A stretch of DNA of 64,000 bases from an uncultured virus (IMG/VR IMGVR_UViG_3300032331_001801) (IMGVR_UViG_3300032331_001801), one strand, 5' to 3'. Positions 48,766-56,713 are shown, counted from the first letter of the stretch. Notes: a model not told the origin generated them from the sequence alone. Numbers and translations are program-made.

Positions 48766-49134
48766 TCATTCCTTTATCCTTCCAATTCGTGCTTCATGGT
48801 GTTCATCACATAGTGTTACGAACCACGGACCACTTCGTATCTTACCACGTTCACCACAGATTTCACAGGTATGTCCTGACATATATTCTGCCAGTGTAAC
48901 CATACCGTGAATCACATTATCTTCCTTTGACAGATAGAATCGTAGTTTACCAAACTTCTCTTTGATTTGGTCAACGTATACCTCATCGGGATCATGCGTA
49001 TATTCGGTAATAGCACCACACAGATGGTCGAGTATATTGTACCAACCATCTCCACACTCAAAACCCCAAAACTGTTGGTTAGAAAACAGTTTAGGGTATT
49101 TGTCTAGTAGTTGTTGTGTCAAGTCAGGATTCAT
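48766..49134 (-). CDS. Conserved phage protein (QIKEKFG family, C-terminal Cys/His cluster)
   Basis: GFECGDGWY.I, QIKEKFGKLRFY, TCEICG...TLCDEH. Confidence 0.75.
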   Translation of the reverse strand: MNPDLTQQLLDKYPKLFSNQQFWGFECGDGWYNILDHLCGAITEYTHDPDEVYVDQIKEKFGKLRFYLSKEDNVIHGMVTLAEYMSGHTCEICGERGKIRSGPWFVTLCDEHHEARIGRIKE

Positions 49135-49430
49135 ATTCCACCCATGTCTCGATCAGGAGCAAGATTATACTTCCGTTTGTATTGTGTTTCAACTGACCAC
49201 GATTCGTCGGTAGCAGGATATATGATATCACTTTCCACAGGAAGACCAAAATGTTTCTTTAGGTATGCTTTATCTGCTTGGGAACCCACACTTGATATAC
49301 ATTCTTTCACAATCAACTCAGCAAACTTTTCAAAAGTTTCTTGCGTGGCCACATAGTATTGGACACCGTTGCCAAACTCAGCATTACCTAATTTAGACTG
49401 TACTGCAAGTTCTTTAATCTTCTGGTTCAT
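49131..49430 (-). CDS. FAELI-family small protein (paralogue)
   Basis: MNQKIKELA...EKFAELIVKECI...LKKHFGL. Confidence 0.7.
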   Translation of the reverse strand: MNQKIKELAVQSKLGNAEFGNGVQYYVATQETFEKFAELIVKECISSVGSQADKAYLKKHFGLPVESDIIYPATDESWSVETQYKRKYNLAPDRDMGGI

Positions 49431-49602
49431 TGAAATCTTTCATATCAGTATGTCCATGTTTGGCATAGAACTGAGCATATGCCCAACCCTTCTTAAATGC
49501 GTAGTATCGTGCATCTGCCATTTTCAATCCTTCGGCGGTCATAGGCACTTGATACGATTCGGAATCACGCCATGCATTGTATACTATTTTGTCAGCTTCC
49601 AT
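49414..49602 (-). CDS. Hypothetical protein
   Basis: 62-aa ORF overlapping neighbours. Confidence 0.55.
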   Translation of the reverse strand: MEADKIVYNAWRDSESYQVPMTAEGLKMADARYYAFKKGWAYAQFYAKHGHTDMKDFNEPED

Positions 49603-49756
49603 TAGACTTCTCCAACAGTTCTATTCGATCCGCTGCTTCTTCTAATAGATCAGCGATTCTATCACGTTCACCTTCTTGTACCGATTTGCGAGTAGTAATC
49701 TGCCTACGAATCTCAGCACGTTTTCGTAAACGGTAAACTAAATCATTCTCATTCAT
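49592..49756 (-). CDS. Conserved small phage protein (54 aa)
   Basis: Manual translation MNENDLVYRLRKRAEIRRQITTRKSVQEGERDRIADLLEEAADRIELLEKSNGS*. Confidence 0.65.
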   Translation of the reverse strand: MNENDLVYRLRKRAEIRRQITTRKSVQEGERDRIADLLEEAADRIELLEKSNGS

Positions 49757-50022
49757 GGATTATTCCCAAAGTATGTGGATCGGTTCCGCATATTGGAATG
49801 TGGAGTCTCGATACCAAAGTGTTTCAGTATGCATTCATACGGATCATGATCTTCTCTTAGTGCAATATCGGCACAGGTACGGATAATCGTTTCGGCAAAG
49901 GCAAACACATCCTCTTCGGTAGCCCATGCTGACATAAAGTAATGACGAGGCGTTTCATGTTCAACATAGTTCAACAGTCCTGCCGTAACACCCAAGTGTG
50001 CAAGTATCTTATTTTGTTCCAT
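49753..50022 (-). CDS. FAELI-family small protein (paralogue)
   Basis: FAFAETIIRTCA...ILKHFGI. Confidence 0.65.
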   Translation of the reverse strand: MEQNKILAHLGVTAGLLNYVEHETPRHYFMSAWATEEDVFAFAETIIRTCADIALREDHDPYECILKHFGIETPHSNMRNRSTYFGNNP

Positions 50023-50233
50023 GTTCTTCCTTAAAGAAGTATTCTTTTATCTTATCGGCATACGTCGAGGCGGGTTCACGATGATCCACACCATCCTCTA
50101 CGATATCAATACAAATGTCTATGATATCCCTAGCAAACTCATAATTGAACTTGCGAGTGTCGTAGGTACCGTTCTCACGGGTCTGTATTCGTTTCTCGAC
50201 CTTCTTGGCGATGTATTCAATACGTATACTCAT
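50009..50233 (-). CDS. FAELI-family small protein (divergent paralogue)
   Basis: Start reassigned to MSIRIE; YEFARDIIDICI...IKEYF. Confidence 0.6.
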   Translation of the reverse strand: MSIRIEYIAKKVEKRIQTRENGTYDTRKFNYEFARDIIDICIDIVEDGVDHREPASTYADKIKEYFFKEEHGTK

Positions 50234-50430
50234 TGTATCTTCTTCCTTATGTAGATAGGAACCTTGACGTACCAGAAATACTTGTCTGCGAGTTCGGCGG
50301 TTGTGACCAAACACTTTCTATTATTATCGTCCATGTAGTAGTTACCCAAATCCACGTGCTTGAATCCATCTTCCCGATTAGCATCAGGAACCGTAATCAA
50401 ACACATCTCTTCAGTCAGTCTAAAAGTCAT
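50230..50430 (-). CDS. Hypothetical protein
   Basis: 66-aa ORF following a motif copy. Confidence 0.55.
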   Translation of the reverse strand: MTFRLTEEMCLITVPDANREDGFKHVDLGNYYMDDNNRKCLVTTAELADKYFWYVKVPIYIRKKIQ

Positions 50431-50441
50431 ATCGTTTACCG

Positions 50442-50936
50442 TTAATTATGTCTAGCGAAGTCACCATGTAATTCTTTTCGACCTGCGATTGCTGCTGCTT
50501 CAGCTTCTTTCAGATCATCAAAGTATCCTAGATGTATATTCTTACCGTTTAGCGATACAGTTACTTTATACTTTTTCTTGGTCTTACACCATGCCACACC
50601 TTTGACTCCAGTAACATTGGTCGCAGATTTTCTAGTATTATATGAATTCTGTGCCCGTGTAACTTCACGGAGATTCTCGATACGATTGTTGGTTTTTTCC
50701 ATATTGATGTGATCTATTTCCATTCCTTGTGTTAAATACCCGTTATGATACAGGAAAATTAATCGGTGAAGTAAATACTTTTTACGGTCAATCCCCACTC
50801 GATAATACCCTGCATGGCGATCAAGAACACCAGCGATGTTGCCTCTTAGTGCTGAACTGGAGCTAGTCTTTTTCCATATCAGATTACCATCATCTTGATA
50901 ATCGAATAGTTCATGGAGTTTTTCTTGTGTTATCAT
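50442..50936 (-). CDS. HNH endonuclease with C-terminal AP2-like domain
   Basis: HRLIF, IDHIN..KTNNRIENLR, N..GVKGV.W, HLGYF...EA. Confidence 0.9.
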   Translation of the reverse strand: MITQEKLHELFDYQDDGNLIWKKTSSSSALRGNIAGVLDRHAGYYRVGIDRKKYLLHRLIFLYHNGYLTQGMEIDHINMEKTNNRIENLREVTRAQNSYNTRKSATNVTGVKGVAWCKTKKKYKVTVSLNGKNIHLGYFDDLKEAEAAAIAGRKELHGDFARHN

Positions 50937-50947
50937 ATCGTTTACCG

Positions 50948-51427
50948 TTAATTATGTCTTGCATGAGTACCGTGATAAAAATTCCGTGCTGCAATTGCTG
51001 CTGCTTCAGCTTCCTCTAGTATATCATAGTAACCTATAAATTTATTCTTACCATCTACCATTACTCTCACTTCCCATTTCTGCTTGGCTTTATTCCACGA
51101 TACGCCTTTAATACCTGACTTATTCCTAGAGGAAGTTTTAGCATTAAACTGATTTTGTTGATTGGTAACTTCACGGAGATTGTCGATACAATTATTATTA
51201 CGATTCCCATCAACATGGTCGATCTGCAACCCATCAGTTAGATACCCGTTATGATACAGGAAAATCATTCGATGAAGACGATACATCTTTTTATCAATGT
51301 TTATACGCCAGTAACCTGTAGAAGTATCGAGAGTACCAGCAATCTTTCCCACATTTCTAGTTGTTTTCCATATCAGAGAACCATCCCGATATTCGAATAG
51401 TTCATGGAGTCTTTGTTGTGTAATCAT
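50948..51427 (-). CDS. HNH endonuclease with C-terminal AP2-like domain (tandem paralogue)
   Basis: HRMIF, IDHVDGNRNNNCIDNLR, NKSGIKGVSW, FIGYY...EEA. Confidence 0.9.
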   Translation of the reverse strand: MITQQRLHELFEYRDGSLIWKTTRNVGKIAGTLDTSTGYWRINIDKKMYRLHRMIFLYHNGYLTDGLQIDHVDGNRNNNCIDNLREVTNQQNQFNAKTSSRNKSGIKGVSWNKAKQKWEVRVMVDGKNKFIGYYDILEEAEAAAIAARNFYHGTHARHN

Positions 51428-51440
51428 AGTTCGTTTACCG

Positions 51441-51719
51441 TTAATCCCACTTTAACCAAGCTTTGATGTTATGCTTGAGAGCAATAGAATCAGATTCTTC
51501 ACACCCTACGTAATCGACATGATCTAAACAATCTTGCACAATTAATTCGGCGAATTTTACTTCAAATGCCTCATTTGAATCTTTATACAAATCTTTTACA
51601 TTATTAGGATTATTGGCATAGTGCCAAGCTTTGTGCCGCAGTGTGTGAAGGCGAAAATTTTTAAAGATTCCCTTTCTGCTGACGATCCTTCGTTGTATGT
51701 CAAGTTCAGAACGAGTCAT
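51441..51719 (-). CDS. FAELI-family small protein (paralogue)
   Basis: VKFAELIVQDCL...IKAWL; GGAG RBS. Confidence 0.65.
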   Translation of the reverse strand: MTRSELDIQRRIVSRKGIFKNFRLHTLRHKAWHYANNPNNVKDLYKDSNEAFEVKFAELIVQDCLDHVDYVGCEESDSIALKHNIKAWLKWD

Positions 51720-51742
51720 AATGATTCTCCAATCGTTTACCG

Positions 51743-51994
51743 TTAATTACTGTTAATCTCAAAGTGACGTTTAATTGCATCAGTGCATTCTTTGGCAAAC
51801 AATGCAGTTGGTGCTTGATCATGTAAGAATCTACCACCCTCTATAACACCCATACATTCCTCAAGAATCAGTGAAACAAATTTTTCACGACGAAGTGTAA
51901 TGATACCTTCATTACTCCAAAACCCTGATCGTTTAACTGTAGTACTTACATAATCTTCAGCTTGTTCAGCAAGTTCTTTGACTATTGGATTCAT
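51743..51994 (-). CDS. FAELI-family small protein (paralogue)
   Basis: MNPIVKELAEQA...EKFVSLILEECM...IKRHFEI; GGAG RBS. Confidence 0.65.
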   Translation of the reverse strand: MNPIVKELAEQAEDYVSTTVKRSGFWSNEGIITLRREKFVSLILEECMGVIEGGRFLHDQAPTALFAKECTDAIKRHFEINSN

Positions 51995-52046
51995 TGTGTT
52001 TCTCCGTTATTTACTGTTCGTTTACCGTTAATTACTAATTGAACTA

Positions 52047-52075
52047 AGTTTACCGCAAAAAAAATTCTGTGTCAA
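52047..52075 (-). promoter_or_regulatory. sigma70-type promoter for the 52.0-48.1 kb operon
   Basis: TTGACA-17 nt-TAAACT; the -10 overlaps a CGGTAAAC core. Confidence 0.7.
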
Positions 52076-52237
52076 GTTTTTACTGGAAAAAAAAATTTGG
52101 ATGCTCATTCATACATTCGTAAGAGTTCTCTTTTGAAATAGCATGTTCCTTCTAGCGTTCAGTACAGTAGTAGAATAGCAATTGTCGTTTTGGTATCATG
52201 TGTTGTATTTGCACCACACATACACAAAATACTTGAC

Positions 52238-52298
52238 ATGCTGTGCTTTCTGTGCTCTGCTGCCCACCTGCTGTGCCCCTGCTGCTCTGCTCCGCAGG
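52238..52298. repeat. Strand-biased CTG/GCT-rich low-complexity tract
   Basis: TGCTGTGCTTTCTGTGCTCTGCTGCCCACCTGCTGTGCCCCTGCTGCTCTGCTCCGCAG; GC-rich in an AT-rich genome. Confidence 0.75.
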
Positions 52299-52336
52299 TA
52301 TCCGGTTTTTCCGGATAACCCGCAGAAAGTCAAGCT

Positions 52337-52483
52337 TTATTTTAAATTCGTTGCTTTCCAAGTTTCAACCTGATCGTACAAGTTGCTAAGATCGTAAGAA
52401 ATCCAAGTGCCAATGCAAACCCCATTTTTTTCCAATTTGGCAACGTAGCCCATTTTTCCGTATGTGTAAACTGTTTCTAACAT
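52337..52483 (-). CDS. Small hypothetical protein (48 aa)
   Basis: MLETVYTYGKMGYVAKLEKNG...; AGGGGG RBS. Confidence 0.5.
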   Translation of the reverse strand: MLETVYTYGKMGYVAKLEKNGVCIGTWISYDLSNLYDQVETWKATNLK

Positions 52484-52497
52484 GGCAAGCCCCCTGA

Positions 52498-52629
52498 TTA
52501 CGAAATTAAATTAATTGCTGTTTTAACACCAGAATTTGCTGCGTCCACGGCATCCCCGAAAATGTCCTTAGTGACAGCAGGGTAAACCAGAGCTAACATA
52601 AACAATGCACCTGCCAGAAATTTAATCAT
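52498..52629 (-). CDS. Small membrane/secreted protein (43 aa)
   Basis: MIKFLAGALFMLALVYPAVTKDIFG...; TAGGGG RBS. Confidence 0.55.
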   Translation of the reverse strand: MIKFLAGALFMLALVYPAVTKDIFGDAVDAANSGVKTAINLIS

Positions 52630-52642
52630 TGTACGCCCCTAA

Positions 52643-52825
52643 TTAAGCTGCTATTAAGTCGGTCAAGTTACAAGCTTTTAAAAATTTCGCGGTATCAAAA
52701 CGTGGGTTGCTCTGTTTCAAGATTGGCAAAATAGCCATTGCACGATTTTTCCGATCTGTATCATTTTGGATTAATTTCACGCTGAAGGCAAAAGCTTGGA
52801 AGTCTTTTTTTGTCATCATTTTCAA
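52643..52825 (-). CDS. Conserved small phage protein
   Basis: MTKKDF..FA...NPRFD..KFL.AC; start probably the ATG at 52819. Confidence 0.7.
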   Translation of the reverse strand: MKMMTKKDFQAFAFSVKLIQNDTDRKNRAMAILPILKQSNPRFDTAKFLKACNLTDLIAA

Positions 52826-52904
52826 TCCCCTTATTAATCAGTCAGTAAACGTATAGTATCAATAAACGGTAAACGTGTCAACTGTTTTTTTAAAAATAAA
52901 CCAC

Positions 52905-52933
52905 TTGATTTTTTACCGATTATCAGGTATAAT
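52905..52933 (+). promoter_or_regulatory. sigma70-type promoter firing into noncoding DNA
   Basis: TTGATT-17 nt (containing TTTACCG)-TATAAT. Confidence 0.65.
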
Positions 52934-53023
52934 GGTTGCAATGGTTCGAACAGCGTGTCTGGGGGTGGACGTGGAGAGTGGGCGTTATATTAGTAGTTTA
53001 CTAATACTAACGGTGAACCTTTC

Positions 53024-53052
53024 AGTATAGCATAGATTTTCAGGATTGTCAA
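53024..53052 (-). promoter_or_regulatory. sigma70-type promoter convergent with 52905
   Basis: TTGACA-17 nt-TATACT. Confidence 0.7.
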
Positions 53053-53142
53053 GTGGTCGGCGGTGTGTTGCGGAAATACAACAATGGTACTCGGTGCTTG
53101 ACTTTGGCGCGATTCTGTGTTATATGGCGCGATACTCTGAAT

Positions 53143-53161
53143 GGTAATGAGAATGATTCGC
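53143..53161. promoter_or_regulatory. Fur-box-like site 1
   Basis: GGTAATGAGAATGATTCGC, 14/19 match to GATAATGATAATCATTATC. Confidence 0.55.
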
Positions 53162-53289
53162 AGTTAGCTGTACCACAATGTCCCACAAAAACACACCAAA
53201 TCAACTAGTGCGTTTACATTGTGACTGACCAGTCATAAAACGACTGACAATACAAATTAATTTATTGTTTGCAAATACAAATCACCATT

Positions 53290-53308
53290 GCAAATGATTC
53301 TCATTTAC
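53290..53308. promoter_or_regulatory. Fur-box-like site 2
   Basis: GCAAATGATTCTCATTTAC, 13/19 match to the same consensus. Confidence 0.55.
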
Positions 53309-53325
53309 ACTTTATCGATGGTCGT

Positions 53326-53352
53326 AAAAAAACCCGCCAAGTTTCAGCGGGT
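53326..53352 (-). terminator. Intrinsic terminator closing the cassette array
   Basis: A7 + CCCGC-loop-GCGGG. Confidence 0.75.
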
Positions 53353-53378
53353 AAGGGGAGAGTTACTAATTAGCTATG

Positions 53379-53528
53379 CTATACTGTCACCATGTCATTA
53401 GCAGAAAAATAAGACGTTTTCATGTATTGTACCAGTAGTGCTGTTTTGGTCGATAACTTCGTGCAGAAATTACCATTAAATTCAAACGAATCGCCTACAT
53501 TCAAATCCGAAAATTTTACTTTTTTCAT
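53379..53528 (-). CDS. Small hypothetical protein (49 aa)
   Basis: MKKVKFSDLNVGDSFEFNGNFCTKLSTKTA...; GAGG RBS. Confidence 0.55.
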   Translation of the reverse strand: MKKVKFSDLNVGDSFEFNGNFCTKLSTKTALLVQYMKTSYFSANDMVTV

Positions 53529-53543
53529 AATGATAATCCTCTA

Positions 53544-53774
53544 TTAAGCTGTTTCTTTTTTGTCAATCATTTCGAACAGTATAAATTTTGCTACATTCAA
53601 TTGCTGACGTACTTGCTCTGATCTACCCATTGCTGTTAGCTCTTGACAATCCGACAATATACCTGCCACGACCATCTCCAGACCAGAAAATTTCGCGGTT
53701 ATACTATCCATATATTGTGTGCGTATTGAATCTTCTGTCATACCAAACATTTTAACTTGATCTGCTGTAGTCAT
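53544..53774 (-). CDS. Cassette ORF, hypothetical
   Basis: Own promoter and TAGGGG RBS; ILSDCQE...RQQLNVAKFIL. Confidence 0.7.
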   Translation of the reverse strand: MTTADQVKMFGMTEDSIRTQYMDSITAKFSGLEMVVAGILSDCQELTAMGRSEQVRQQLNVAKFILFEMIDKKETA

Positions 53775-53842
53775 TTATCGCCCCTATGTGATTAACCAAC
53801 AAATGAATTATCGCATAATCGGTAAACGTTGTCAAGCATTAT

Positions 53843-54184
53843 TTAAACTAATTTCAATAATTTATTGTAATTCTCTGGACTAACGAACACACTAGCAGTT
53901 GCAGGTTTACCACAAAATACACCAGTTTCAATAATAGCAATATCATTATCGATTTTGACAACTGGTTCTGTGCCGCCAAACTGTGGTGGTGCATATTGAG
54001 CGCAGGTAGTAATCTGACCTGTTACAATATTAACAATGGTATAACTAGAACGACTACCGCCATCCCAATAGGTATTTGACAATGTTATTTTTTCTCTGCT
54101 CTGAATGAATGCCTTGCGTTTTTTGTAACCTGCTGGCATCAATCGAGCAATTTCAGGAAAACCAGATAATGTAACTGTTTGCAT
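53843..54184 (-). CDS. Cassette ORF, conserved hypothetical (YWDGGSR motif)
   Basis: Own promoter and RBS; YWDGGSRS.Y...G.FCGK. Confidence 0.75.
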   Translation of the reverse strand: MQTVTLSGFPEIARLMPAGYKKRKAFIQSREKITLSNTYWDGGSRSSYTIVNIVTGQITTCAQYAPPQFGGTEPVVKIDNDIAIIETGVFCGKPATASVFVSPENYNKLLKLV

Positions 54185-54242
54185 TTTTCGCCCCTAATTA
54201 ATCAATCAACAGAACAAATTATATTATAATCGGTAAACAATG

Positions 54243-54641
54243 TCAAGCGATAAATTCGTATGGTTTATCCCATTTTCCCACGTTTACGTCAACGTAGTAC
54301 GCTGTATCGAAATAATCACTTTGACTATCTGTTCTGTCGTACCAATCCGCACTTTTCATTGCAGGAACCAACTCAGACAATGCTGCTTTGGCAACACCGT
54401 TGAAGTGCTCATGATACCAATACGTATTAACCTGTATCGATTTTTCAGCACCCTGAAAACGTGGAGTTGACGCATTTGTCAAGTTAAAATTACCGATAAA
54501 ATCAATTGAACCTGATTTTAGTGTCAACACAATTGTCATATGATTACTAACCGACAATGTGCCTTTGAGTTTATATTTTGCTAATATCGGTTTGATTGCC
54601 GCCGCGATTTTCGCTTTTTTCTCTTGATTCATATATGCCAT
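54243..54641 (-). CDS. Cassette ORF, LPD29-like (D.Q.DYF motif) hypothetical
   Basis: MAYMNQEKK..., WYDRTDSQSDYFDTAYY..V.VGKWDKPY; stop codon lies within next TTGACA. Confidence 0.7.
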   Translation of the reverse strand: MAYMNQEKKAKIAAAIKPILAKYKLKGTLSVSNHMTIVLTLKSGSIDFIGNFNLTNASTPRFQGAEKSIQVNTYWYHEHFNGVAKAALSELVPAMKSADWYDRTDSQSDYFDTAYYVDVNVGKWDKPYEFIA

Positions 54642-54700
54642 TTTGTATCCCCTAATTAATCAATCAACAGAACAAATTATATTATAAACGGTAAACAATG

Positions 54701-54877
54701 TCAAGCGTTTTCTGTACCGCAAACTAAACAAGTGCAACCTTCATGCGGTGTATCATCCTCGCAGGGTTCGCAGAGTTTCCACGAATCGGCAAATAGTGTA
54801 CCATTTTTGACCGCATCATAAACAGCATACTGACCGCCATTTTCGTAAATTTCAACGGCTTTTTCGTAATTTGTCAT
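54701..54877 (-). CDS. Cassette ORF, small Cys-rich protein (58 aa)
   Basis: Manual translation ...WKLCEPCEDDTPHEGCTCLVCGTENA*; two CxxC. Confidence 0.65.
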   Translation of the reverse strand: MTNYEKAVEIYENGGQYAVYDAVKNGTLFADSWKLCEPCEDDTPHEGCTCLVCGTENA

Positions 54878-54944
54878 TTTTGCACCCCTATTAATTAACC
54901 AGAAATGATATGGTACTATAAACGGTAAACAATGTCAAGAGATA

Positions 54945-55181
54945 TTATGCATCTTTTTTGCAAAAATAATTCTTAGCACTATTCCAAAAATTTGAACAAT
55001 CAAGCATTAACGTATAATCGTGACCATCATAATTTAAACCTAATTTTCGTAATGCCAGATAACGTAATACATTTTCTTCTTCTACGTCCATATCAGCCAT
55101 TGCCTCAATAAATGCTTTTTCTTCATTATTAATACCGTTGCGCTTAAATTCGTTCAAATCGACTGTAATTGTAAGTTCCAT
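54945..55181 (-). CDS. Cassette ORF, paralogue of 55660-55902
   Basis: EFKRN...AFIEAM..M.VEEENVLRYLAL.KLGL.Y. Confidence 0.75.
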   Translation of the reverse strand: MELTITVDLNEFKRNGINNEEKAFIEAMADMDVEEENVLRYLALRKLGLNYDGHDYTLMLDCSNFWNSAKNYFCKKDA

Positions 55182-55250
55182 TTTTTGCCCCTAATGATTA
55201 ACCAGAAACAACAGTATACTATTAACGGTAAACAATGTCAAGCATTAATT

Positions 55251-55601
55251 TTAAATAATTGCGGTAATTCTACGATCTTTCAAGTGAACTTCACGCGCAT
55301 GAAAAATAGGCTGCTTTGTGTCTGCTGTCACGAATGAATCGTACAGATAAGGGTTATATGTTACCGATACGCCGGAATCCATCGCCTGAACTGTGCCGTA
55401 CCATTCACCGACCACACCCGCATGAACATTTTTACGCTTTTCCAATAGAACACGCTTACGCCCCGCTTGCGACACTTTGAATGTAGCCTGACCAAGATTC
55501 AATTCTGACAAGTGCGCTATAACACGACCTTTGTCTGCACCTTCCAGAGCTTTAACTGAAAATACTTTCTTATGTAAATTGTAATAAACAAATACTTTCA
55601 T
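55251..55601 (-). CDS. Cassette ORF, conserved phage protein
   Basis: VFVYYNLHKKVFSVK, F.VSQAGR.RVL.EKRKNVHA.V.G, VTYNPY. Confidence 0.8.
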   Translation of the reverse strand: MKVFVYYNLHKKVFSVKALEGADKGRVIAHLSELNLGQATFKVSQAGRKRVLLEKRKNVHAGVVGEWYGTVQAMDSGVSVTYNPYLYDSFVTADTKQPIFHAREVHLKDRRITAII

Positions 55602-55659
55602 TTTCGCGCCCCTATGTGAACAATCAACAAAGACAGTATCTCATAAACGGTAAACAATG

Positions 55660-55902
55660 TCAAGCGGTTTTTGCTTCCTTACGGAAAAAACTAGCCGCCG
55701 AACCCCAAATACTCGCACCATCTTGCATCAATGTGCGATCCTCGTCCTCATAGTCCAAACCCAACTTAGTCAATGCCAAATATTTCAATACATTTTCTTC
55801 TTCTACGCCTACATGACCCATCGCTTCAATGAATGCACGATCTGATTGGCTAGTTGAATTACGCTTAAATTCTTTTACATCAATGTCAAGTGTAATATTC
55901 AT
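55660..55902 (-). CDS. Cassette ORF, paralogue of 54945-55181
   Basis: Start reassigned to MNITLD; EFKRN...AFIEAM...VEEENVLKYLAL.KLGL.Y. Confidence 0.75.
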   Translation of the reverse strand: MNITLDIDVKEFKRNSTSQSDRAFIEAMGHVGVEEENVLKYLALTKLGLDYEDEDRTLMQDGASIWGSAASFFRKEAKTA

Positions 55903-55959
55903 TTTGTCGCCCCTATTAATCAATCAACAAACGTATGGTATCATTAACGGTAAACAATG

Positions 55960-56244
55960 TCAAGCAATAATTTTACCGTCTGAATTTACCAACACTTCAT
56001 TATCGGTGATTGTCACATTATTACGCAAACCCGCAACCATTGCCAAAAGTCTATTTGCTGCTGCTTCTGGTGAAGTCTCTGCAATCCATGCTACCATACG
56101 CAATTCAGATACCAACGACGATAACAAAACAGCATTAGCACGATCACGTGAATTTTTGTCAGATAGTGACATAGCAACGTCAACCAGTTTATTTGTGGTT
56201 AGTTCGATAGAACGTAGATCATCAGTATTGAAGTCGAAAAACAT
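55960..56244 (-). CDS. Cassette ORF, paralogue of 58406-58645
   Basis: L.SIE.TTNKLVD...ELR.VA..AE....AA.NRLLAMVA. Confidence 0.72.
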   Translation of the reverse strand: MFFDFNTDDLRSIELTTNKLVDVAMSLSDKNSRDRANAVLLSSLVSELRMVAWIAETSPEAAANRLLAMVAGLRNNVTITDNEVLVNSDGKIIA

Positions 56245-56300
56245 TTTTATCCCCTATTAATTAACCAGAAATGATATGGTACTATAAACGGTAAACAATG

Positions 56301-56492
56301 TCAAGCAATTTGTGATAAAAGATATTTTGCCAATACGACAACAGCCTGTGGGTATGTCACGAATTCTGTTTCACCTAGAGCACCACGCAGTCTAACAGGC
56401 GTATCATCATTGATACCGTCATACTCTGTTGTCTGAATGACAAATGAACCGTTATCTAATTCGCAAATTGCATAACTATTAAGCTTTTCCAT
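56301..56492 (-). CDS. Cassette ORF, hypothetical
   Basis: TAGGGG RBS; stop within TTGACA. Confidence 0.65.
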   Translation of the reverse strand: MEKLNSYAICELDNGSFVIQTTEYDGINDDTPVRLRGALGETEFVTYPQAVVVLAKYLLSQIA

Positions 56493-56505
56493 TTTTCGCC
56501 CCTAA

Positions 56506-56649
56506 TTAATATGCGTCAGCCATAGTTTCCATAAATGCATCAAATATCAATTCAACATCGGCAATGCTCACATTATACTTTTCGGCGATCTGTCTAAATG
56601 ACAACTCACCCAACGAAAATTCTTCCTCGATTTTGTAAACTGTGCTCAT
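56506..56649 (-). CDS. Cassette ORF, small HTH-like protein (47 aa)
   Basis: MSTVYKIEEEFSLGELSFRQIAEKYNVSIADVELIF...; GAGG RBS. Confidence 0.6.
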   Translation of the reverse strand: MSTVYKIEEEFSLGELSFRQIAEKYNVSIADVELIFDAFMETMADAY

Positions 56650-56713
56650 AATCACCTCACTAATAATTAACCAATGAACAGATTATAACCAATAATGGTA
56701 AACGTGTCAAGCA

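Larger units (their letters stand above)
47165..52055 (+). repeat. Intergenic copies of CGTTTACCGTTAAT (inverse orientation of the cassette-promoter motif)
   Basis: GTTTACCG core begins at 47166, 50434, 50940, 51433, 51735, 52020 (full 14-mer) and 52048 (core only). Confidence 0.9.

Noticed and set aside
52152..52373. ORFs 52152-52361 (-) and 52182-52373 (+)
   Set aside because: No RBS, low-complexity translation of the CTG tract, and overlap with a better-supported ORF; more likely noncoding
53105..53140. TGGCGC repeats as sigma54 promoters
   Set aside because: The -12 TTGC element is missing at the required spacing
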